A DNA stretch of 64,000 bases, taken from contig CAVTQK010000015.1 of the NCBI GenBank assembly GCA_963736855.1, positions 576,509 through 640,508 of the forward strand, written 5' to 3'. Positions 57,097 through 64,000 of the stretch are shown here, one piece after another (position 1 is the stretch's first letter; every line of letters starts with the position of its first letter). The notes below the pieces were generated by a model. That model was not told the origin of the DNA, did no database searches, and saw nothing but the letters and a program-made list of their open reading frames with translations. The translations under genes were made by a program, and so were the position numbers. Source of the stretch: an uncultured delta proteobacterium. Its GTDB lineage: Bacteria; Desulfobacterota; Desulfobacteria; Desulfobacterales; UBA2156.

Positions 57097-58443
57097 ATGC
57101 TGGATAAAGAAGTTGAAAACAGACTTTTTTTGCTGAATCCTTGGTTGACTCACCCTAAAGAGGCAGAGAAGATCTCATCGCGCTTTTTACCGCCGGTATA
57201 TGTAAAACGACAAATCGAAAACCTGCCAATGAGCCCAAATAGGGCTATCCTGATCATCGGCCCAAGGCAATCCGGAAAATCAACCCTTGTGTGGCACCAG
57301 CTTCTTCCATTGTTACCGGGCGTTCTTTTTATTAACATGGAAGATCCTCAGCTTCGCTTAGGTTGTCAAAATGCAATTGAATTGGCCGCATACATCAGGG
57401 CAAATCTTCCATCTCTTAAATCCGTATTTATTGATGAGATACAGCACCTGGATGAAGGAGCGCTTTTTGTTAAAGGACTGGTTGACAGCCGATTGGACTT
57501 GCCGATCTGGGTGACCGGATCAGCTTCATTCCACTTGCGAAGCCGCACTCGGGAGTCCCTTGCCGGGAGGGCAACTCGCCGGTTATTACTACCCTTTAGC
57601 CATTCAGAATTATTGACCTATCAAAAGGAATCCGACGACCCCGCTGCCTTGAGGCAATATAGCCGAAAAATTATGCAGCATCAGTTGATCTTTGGCAGCT
57701 ATCCTGCGGTATATATTGCTCAGAGTGATACTGAAAAACGATTCCTGTTAAGTGATTTGGTTGAATCCCTTATCCTCAGAGATGCCTCAGATATCTTCAG
57801 AATCAGGCGGGTGGACGCATTTCGGAAATTGCTCTCTTTACTGGCAGGTCAGATTGGCCAATTAATTAATTTATCGGAACTGGCATCGATCTGCAACGTG
57901 GATGTGGGAACGGTGAGTTCCTATATTGAGATCCTGGATGAAAGTCACATCATAAAAAAGATCAATCCGTTTGCTGCGGGGAAACGTCGTGAAATCACGA
58001 CAAATCCAAAAGTCTATTTTATGGATAATGGAATTCGCAACCAACTGCTGCAAAATTTTGAAAAAGCCTGGGAAGTCAGAGTTGATAAAGGTCAGCTATT
58101 TGAAAATTGGGCTTTTTCAGAAATATTAAAGCGATTGCCATTTCAGAGCGATCTCAAGTTTTGGAGGAGCAAATCCGGGGCAGAAGTTGATGCAGTAATT
58201 GAGCATTCCGGGAAAATTTTTATTTTAGAAATCAAGGCATCGCAATTAAAAATACCCGCTATTTCGAGATCGCTACGAAGTTTTATTGATGCTTATCAAC
58301 CGAAAAATGTTGCCGTCCTTAATTTTGGGCTTGAAACGACCAAGGACATCGGAAAAGCACGGATTCATTTCTTAACGCCTGTTTCTTTCCCTTTCTGGAT
58401 AGAGGGCATCTTTTCAAGTATTTTTTCATCTTCCAGTGCCTAA
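57097..58443 (+). CDS. AAA ATPase with DUF4143 C-terminal domain (paralog 2)
   Basis: Walker A GPRQSGKST, Walker B-like VFIDEIQ, and a DUF4143-type C-terminus. 448 aa. Confidence 0.85.
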   Translation: MLDKEVENRLFLLNPWLTHPKEAEKISSRFLPPVYVKRQIENLPMSPNRAILIIGPRQSGKSTLVWHQLLPLLPGVLFINMEDPQLRLGCQNAIELAAYIRANLPSLKSVFIDEIQHLDEGALFVKGLVDSRLDLPIWVTGSASFHLRSRTRESLAGRATRRLLLPFSHSELLTYQKESDDPAALRQYSRKIMQHQLIFGSYPAVYIAQSDTEKRFLLSDLVESLILRDASDIFRIRRVDAFRKLLSLLAGQIGQLINLSELASICNVDVGTVSSYIEILDESHIIKKINPFAAGKRREITTNPKVYFMDNGIRNQLLQNFEKAWEVRVDKGQLFENWAFSEILKRLPFQSDLKFWRSKSGAEVDAVIEHSGKIFILEIKASQLKIPAISRSLRSFIDAYQPKNVAVLNFGLETTKDIGKARIHFLTPVSFPFWIEGIFSSIFSSSSA

Positions 58444-58900
58444 AATCATCACTTTAAGTGTGTTTAAAAGAATCTTTGCATCCAACTTCGGCGACCAGTT
58501 ATCAATGTAAAAAAGATCCAGCTTAATCCACTCATCAAAACTTATATTATGCCTGTTGGGACTTGTTTGCCACAGGCAGGTCATCCCCGGTTTCATGGAA
58601 AGGCGCCTCTGTTTCCATATTTCTTATTTTTCCACCTCAGATGGTATGGGAGGCCTTGGACCGATGAAACTCATTTCGCCTTTTAACATATTAACAAGCT
58701 GAGGAATTTCATCGATAAAAGTTCTCCTTAAAAAGGTTCCGACATAAGGGACGATTGCGAGGGTCTTTTTTATCTTGAAGACCGGTCCCTTAGTCTCATT
58801 GAGCGATTCCAATTCCGTTTGTTGTTTATCGGTATCGGCAACCATAGTGCGGAATTTATATACATCGAATATGCGGCCGTTTAACCCGAAATTCTGGAAA
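58426..58900 (-). pseudogene. 5'-truncated, nonsense-containing partial copy of the wbaP-like sugar-transferase domain
   Basis: The minus strand reads GLNGRIFDVYKFRTM...[45 protein letters not shown]...LNTLKVMILGTGR*. This is collinear with the C-terminus of 51899-53410, about 75% nt identity by eye. It has an in-frame TAA, lacks the N-terminal two thirds, and its 3' end overlaps the ATPase 3' end. Confidence 0.8.
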
Positions 58901-59000
58901 TTTGAGATCCATCCCTCTAATCCATAAACTTACTGATTTGAGCCGTTTGATCATAGACTTCCGAAAAAACCACCAACTCCCCAGATTAGGGCCAATTTCA

Positions 59001-59756
59001 TTATCTGACCTCCTTCAATATCAAAGGTATCAGTGCTAATCCTTTCAAGTATCTTGGGACGAACCGTCTTGGATCATGAATACATCGTAACAGCCATCCC
59101 AAATGGAAGGCATCGAAAATAGAAGGTATGGACGCCTGCTTTCCAGTTAGGAAAGCAATGGCGGCTCCTGTGCAGATGATTCCGGTTTTAAAAGAAAGAT
59201 TGCTTTTCAGGTAAAATCCAAGCTTTTCCTGGATACCACCACCTAGGTTGATGAGTACATATTTGGGTTTTCTCTTTTCCAGGGTCTCTAGCAGTTCAGT
59301 ATCTTCAATATTTTTTGAAGAATAGATCGGCGCTACGTAGTGGTCGGAAAGACTGATTACTATTCCCATTGATTTCAAAAGGTTGTGATTCAACATCATC
59401 TCTTTTTCTTCTGGGTCGACCAAAAAAAGGCATCTTTCCTTTCTCAATATCTCCTCTGCGAGAAAATGCCGCAGAAATGTGAGGCCGCTTAATTTCCCTA
59501 TCTTGATTCCCTTGAAATATTTTAAAAGCAGGATGAGGAAACCACTGTCTGGTATTGCGAAATCGCTTTTCATTAGTGCCAAATGGTGCTCTGCGTCTTT
59601 GGAAATGGCCGATAGGACAGGTGCTGATGGTACCACCATTAGTGCTCCATTGTCTAGGAGGTTTTTTACAGATGGGTAACCTTCTGTAAGAAATCTTATG
59701 CGCAGTATATTACAAAATCGTAAACCATTAACCACGGTCGTTTCTTTGAGTGGCAT
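59001..59756 (-). CDS. WecG/TagA/CpsF-family (GT26) glycosyltransferase
   Basis: 251 aa with PDSGFLILL and VLINLGGGIQEKLGFYL blocks typical of GT26. Confidence 0.75.
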   Translation of the reverse strand: MPLKETTVVNGLRFCNILRIRFLTEGYPSVKNLLDNGALMVVPSAPVLSAISKDAEHHLALMKSDFAIPDSGFLILLLKYFKGIKIGKLSGLTFLRHFLAEEILRKERCLFLVDPEEKEMMLNHNLLKSMGIVISLSDHYVAPIYSSKNIEDTELLETLEKRKPKYVLINLGGGIQEKLGFYLKSNLSFKTGIICTGAAIAFLTGKQASIPSIFDAFHLGWLLRCIHDPRRFVPRYLKGLALIPLILKEVR

Positions 59757-60503
59757 CGACTTCTCTTATACTCTCATTCTTTTTTTGTGAATAAAAATCC
59801 CCTTGAATTGTCCGTCCATGTTTATCACAAACCAAATTGTTAACCCCGCTAAGATGGAAACCCCGATTGCTGAGCCAGATAGTGATGTCATGGGCCAAGG
59901 TTTGACCGGAATATAACTCCACAAAAGAGCATTCGGCATACACGTAAGAAAAACGTTCCAGAAGTTCCTCGCATCCCCGAAGCGCTTCCAGTTCGAAACC
60001 TTGAACGTCCAATTTGATGAGTGCTGGTTGAACGATTTCATCGGCTGTAATAAAATCAGACAATCGACCTATGCTGACCATTTCAGTGCGGACCTCTCTC
60101 GTTTCCGGAGAGAGGTTCTTGTGCATGTTAGAAATTGGAAGGAGTGAGAAAGAATCGTCTGCTGCTGTGATATGAAGAGTTGCCATTCCCCTTTTCGGCC
60201 CGATGGCTGAAGTATAAAGAGTGACATTAGGTTCTAAATGAAATACCTTTCGGAAATCAGCCGCAGCATGGACAAGCGGTTCAAAACTGATAATGCGGGC
60301 TGTTGACGCCCATTGGCGTACTGCTAGGGCAAATTGCCCGCGATTGGCACCGATATCCACCACCGTTTGAAAACAAGAAAAAAGATCGCTCGATGCTCGG
60401 CGCCGGCAAGCACACGGTGAAAAACCAGCGCCCTCAGCAACCGAGGTGCTCGAATCACCTGGGTCAGCTTATCCAGCCGGGTGAGGAAAAGCTGGAAGTT
60501 CAT
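59728..60503 (-). pseudogene. FkbM-family methyltransferase with a frameshift in a homopolymer (A6 at 60378-60383, plus strand)
   Basis: ORF 59728..60363 starts right at the VVDIGANRGQFAL motif. The expected N-terminus MNFQLFLTRLDKLTQVIRAPRLLRALVFHRVLAGAEHRAIF is in another frame, starting at ATG 60503 (ATGA overlap with the track-frame GT4 stop). Adding one T restores ...AIFFSCFQTVVDIGANRGQF. Confidence 0.75.
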
Positions 60504-60507
60504 TTTT

Positions 60508-61720
60508 CAGTCTCCCAGCCGCCGCGTAGCAGTCGCCCCTTGGATAATTTCTTGATAAACCTTTGTGAGCTGTTCCACGATGCGTGTCCAGGAGTAGCGG
60601 TCCCTCGCAACCTGCCGCCCCCGCATCCCCATGTCACGGGCTCAATTTCTTGTCTGAAAGCACACGGCAAACTGCATCCGCAATCTCTAGAGGATCGAGC
60701 TTCACCACGAGCCCGGCCCATTGCGTCCTGAACCTCGCGCCAGATTTTCACCTGGTCCGAAATCACCACCGGACAGCCGCAGGCCATAGCCTCCACTATC
60801 GTCATGCCGAAATTTTCCGTGTAAGAAGGCAGAACAAATACATCCGCATCTACATAGGCTTGAGTTAAAGTAGTACCTTCGAGATGCCCCACAAATTCTA
60901 CTGCGTCACCCAACCTCCTTTCCCGTACCCAAGTGCGCACCCTTTTTCCATAATCGTCGTTCTCCGGTCCAACAAGAGCAAGCTTTGCCTCCGGGAATCG
61001 TTGCCGGATTGCAGCAAATGCTGGAATTAACAAATCCAGTCCTTTTACCGGATGCAGCCGGCCGACAAACAACACCAGTGGTATTTGTGCCTCAAGGCCA
61101 ATGCGGCCCCGAAAGCCACCCGGTTGCGGTAGTAGGTCATACTGCTGCCATTCAATTCCGTTGGGAATTATGACGGCCGGAGCTCGAAGCTTCAAGAAAG
61201 CCGTTCGCTCCATTTCCTCTTTTGCCGTATAGTGGATAGCCGAGGCATGGTTCAGGTTGGGGATGTCAAACAGCCGCTCGTAGAGACGCTTTAGTGGTAG
61301 CGCCCATTTCCCGAACCGGCTTTGTTTATAAAGAAACGGATCCAGCGAACCATGCGGACTTATTATATAAGGCATCCCCGTTTTTCGAGCCAGCCATGCA
61401 GCATAGGTCATCGGGAAGCGATAAAGTCCGTGGATGTGGACAAGATCGAAAGAGCACAACTGATTTTTAAAATAATCCTGTAATTGCCATGAAAAAAGAA
61501 TTGGGCGAAACTGTATGGGAAAATAATGTATAGGCACGCTGTTTACGGAAACAGCTCGATCAGTTGGAACATCCAGCAAACCTCGTGGTGCATCTATATT
61601 AGTCGTCGCAACTTCTACGTTTAAACCCGCTTCTATTTGATTTCTTGCCAAACCATGAAGCACGGCCTGAACGCCCCCGAACTTTCGGGACATGGCCTGA
61701 ACTACGTGCAAAATACGCAT
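60508..61720 (-). pseudogene. Family 4 (GT-B) glycosyltransferase with two frameshifts in its 3' part
   Basis: The N-terminal 330 aa are intact (GGVQAV..., EGFGMTIVEAMACGCPVVISD-like). The plausible C-terminus then continues in two other frames: AGLVVKLDPLEIADAVCRVLSDKKLS, then DMGMRGRQVARDRYSWTRIVEQLTKVYQEII. The switches fall at 60712-60720 and 60638-60640, both extra bases in G/C runs. Confidence 0.75.
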
Positions 61721-61723
61721 AAA

Positions 61724-62698
61724 TCATTTTCCTTGACGAAAAATATAATCTTTGTACCACTCGACAGACCTCCGCACACCTTCAGCCAAACGTACCTGTG
61801 GGCTGCCTACAAGTGATATCGTTTTTTCATGAAATACAGACTCATTAACTGTCAATCTAAATAACCTTTCTGTAGACATAGGAAATGGAATGTTTAATCT
61901 TTTTATTTTATCCCCAATTATTGCAAGAACCCTCCAGATAGTTATTGGAATCCTGCGAACAGGCTTTCCTGATAACAGCAAGGAAAAACTGTTCATCCAT
62001 TCTGCGTTATCAATAGGGGGATCAGTGATGTAAAAAACCTGTTCCCGGACTTTTTCTGGAACTGCATTCAGCCCGATGGCGACAATCTGATCTATAGCGT
62101 TTTCGATATACCCGTAATATTTGATAATTGGCTTGTAACCGGGGTGCATATAATACCGTTTGTGAAGGTAACGCCACAGCTCGCCAGGGAAAAACGGGTG
62201 CATCGGCCCCCATATATTCGTGGGTCTGAGTATGGTCCAACATTTCGTACATTCTTTTCGCACTAATGTTTCGCCCATAGCCTTGCTTTCGCCATATGCA
62301 GTGTATGGCATCAAAAAATTTTCACTCGGTGGGAAAATCCCCGGTCGTACAACATATTGAGTAGAAACATGGATAAAGCGCTTCACAGATTCAGTATTGT
62401 TAACGGCTATGATTACGTTAGCCGTACCAACGACGTTATCAGGGAAATCCTCAACAGTTTTTCCATTGAGATCGGCTTTGGCTGCTAGATGAAAAACATG
62501 GGTAGGATTAAATTCGAAAAAAATATTCGCGAGATTATGTGTATTCTTTATATCCCATTGCTGCCAGAACGTGTTTTGCGACGGCAACCTTGGAGGATTG
62601 ATGTCAACATTTTTAATTTGCTTTCCTGTACGTTCAAGTCGGTTTATAAGGTGCGTTCCTATAAATCCTGACCCTCCAGTGACCAGCACTCTATCCAA
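61724..62698 (-). CDS. NAD-dependent epimerase/dehydratase
   Basis: VLVTGGSGFIGTHL Rossmann motif and catalytic YGESK. Start at TTG 62698 (GGAGGG RBS 7 nt upstream). The ORF maximum of 62803 is rejected. Confidence 0.85.
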   Translation of the reverse strand: MDRVLVTGGSGFIGTHLINRLERTGKQIKNVDINPPRLPSQNTFWQQWDIKNTHNLANIFFEFNPTHVFHLAAKADLNGKTVEDFPDNVVGTANVIIAVNNTESVKRFIHVSTQYVVRPGIFPPSENFLMPYTAYGESKAMGETLVRKECTKCWTILRPTNIWGPMHPFFPGELWRYLHKRYYMHPGYKPIIKYYGYIENAIDQIVAIGLNAVPEKVREQVFYITDPPIDNAEWMNSFSLLLSGKPVRRIPITIWRVLAIIGDKIKRLNIPFPMSTERLFRLTVNESVFHEKTISLVGSPQVRLAEGVRRSVEWYKDYIFRQGK

Positions 62699-64000
62699 AG
62701 TTATTCCCTCCACAGGCCTTGCCCTTTGGCAGCAGGCAATGCGTCGCTGCCCGATACACCACTTTTGCCCAGGCGCGATGGCCTCTTTCGCCGGAGTCGG
62801 CACCTGAGTGAAGCCACTGACGGACCGGGATGGAAAAACCGGTTTTTGGCCGGTCGATGATCGTCTCGGGTGGGGCTCCGGCCCAGGCTGTTTCGGCCAT
62901 CAGGCGTTTGTCCGGTCTCGGGTATTGCTGCATCAAAGGTATCATCGCTCTCCTCAAGTCCAGGTCCACCAACGGGACCCGAATCTCCAAGGAATGCGCC
63001 ATGCTAGCCCAGTCGCTGTCTCTGAGAAGCATGTTGCGCATGAACCAAGTGGTTTCCAGGGCCGACACCGACGCAAAACTCCCTGTTCCCGGTTGGACTG
63101 TTCGATTAAGGTGAGAAAGAGACGCCAGATCCCTCCAGCCATCGCGCACCATATCGGGGTCCAAAAGCCTTGGCAGTTCCCAGGGCATATATAGGTCCCA
63201 CCTCAAAAGATAGGCTCCGCCGACAGTTGCGCCATATTCGAATACTCCTGCATACTTGGGTGAGGTAAAATGCTTGATGAGGGGCTCTGTGATAATCCGA
63301 AATGCCTTGCCGAATGCCCTGAATGGGGCGGCAACTTTCATCAATCTGGGGATATGCTGGAATGAAGGATAGCCGCCGAATATTTCATCACCGCCCAACC
63401 CGGAAAGCACCACTTTAAGGCCGCTTTCCGCCGCGGCCTTGCTGACGAAATATGTATTGACACCATCGATGGTCGGCTGATCCATAGCGGTAAAAATTTT
63501 CTCTATGTCCTGTGTAAAGTCTTTCCCGCGCACCCAGCCTGTTTCATGGACCGTGCATAGCTTGCGAGCCACCATCTCGGCAAAGGGACTTTCATCATTT
63601 TGGGTGCCGCGATACTCTTCAAAGCCCAGGGTGAACGTGCGAAGCGGTTTATCGGAGCACCCGACCGCCAGGGTCGCTATTGAGGTCGAGTCCAGGCCAG
63701 CCGAGAGGAATACCCCAACCGGCACATCAGAAACCATGTGGCGCCGCACGCTCTCCTGCAATGCTTGGCCCAGAGCTATTCGGCGACTTTCTCCCGGGTC
63801 ATGCTGAAATTCGGACTGCCCGGCCGGGCGATTTCCTGCGCCACATCACAGAACATTGTCAGTTTCGGTTGTGTGTCGCCTCGCGCCACCCATAGGGTCG
63901 TGCCTGCCGGCACGCCCGTATTCGCTTGTAAAGCGTAAAGGGTTCGGGCACATAGCCCAGAGAAAGAATCCCACATGCCCGGCCGGTTCAGGTGCGGTGT
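62691..64000 (-). pseudogene. Asparagine synthase (glutamine-hydrolysing) family protein, 5' end outside the window, frameshift near 63775-63790
   Basis: PP-loop VGVFLSAGLDSTSIA in ORF 62691..63761. The preceding domain is in another frame (ORF 63776..63976, open to nt 64000). The junction reads ...REKVAE* / RIALGQALQESVRRH. Confidence 0.7.

Noticed and set aside
96-63976. The many 60-230 aa antisense or off-frame ORFs in the track (e.g. 1184..1864, 1806..2495, 6093..6830, 11689..12141, 15289..15858, 20659..21291, 22639..23286, 26945..27577, 28792..29583, 31403..32419, 33616..34479, 41509..42324, 43348..43959, 55010..55711)
   Set aside because: They lie fully inside, or opposite to, long ORFs with clear family signatures. 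They have low-complexity Arg/Pro/Gly-rich translations typical of shadow frames and lack RBS or context.

Overview
A 64-kb bacterial chromosomal segment. Gene content suggests an anaerobic, Desulfobacterota-like organism, but that taxonomy is inference only.

Gene order, left to right:
- Pho block, 1-5195: pstA, pstS, pstB and a frameshifted alkaline phosphatase.
- A minus-strand stress/sensor operon (USP, GAF, small ORF, cupin), a decayed sigma54-activator tail, and two hypotheticals.
- A four-gene ABC ATPase / ABC-2 permease / GldG-like / DUF4340 operon, 9.5-14.4 kb.
- Two GNAT genes, then a class II photolyase facing DUF523-DUF1722 and SDR-DUF2867 genes.
- A Kef-type antiporter and an RCK-gated K-channel homologue.
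- A FecR / OmpA / CHASE2-HD-GYP module, an ADP-forming acetyl-CoA synthetase, and a zinc-ribbon PilZ protein.
- A corrinoid uptake and salvage supercluster: btuFCD-like genes, an unknown exported protein, cobD, cobS, cobU, cobQ, cobO. cbiZ lies further on, and rmlCD sits upstream.
- Three copies of a structured repeat (Rep-A) in front of plus-strand genes at 39.2, 40.1 and 44.4 kb.
- A 1037-aa MEDS/GAF/PAS hybrid kinase, then lipA.
- From about 47 kb, a surface-polysaccharide locus.

The polysaccharide locus is split by a visibly AT-richer island of about 5 kb (53.4-58.9 kb). The island holds three toxin-antitoxin modules and two DUF4143 AAA ATPases. It is punctuated by four copies of a second structured repeat (R1-R4). 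It is bracketed by an intact wbaP-like gene and a decayed partial copy of that gene.

At least eight apparent 1-nt frameshifts hit otherwise well-conserved genes (phoA, cobD, cobO twice, fkbM, GT4 twice, asnB), and a ninth may sit at the cobQ start. Two decayed gene remnants also carry in-frame stops. Either the consensus is error-prone or these loci are decaying.

The best candidate for something undescribed is the cassette-like TA/ATPase island with its R1-R4 repeat, followed by the Rep-A leader-like repeat family. No rRNA, tRNA, CRISPR array, transposase or integrase was recognised.
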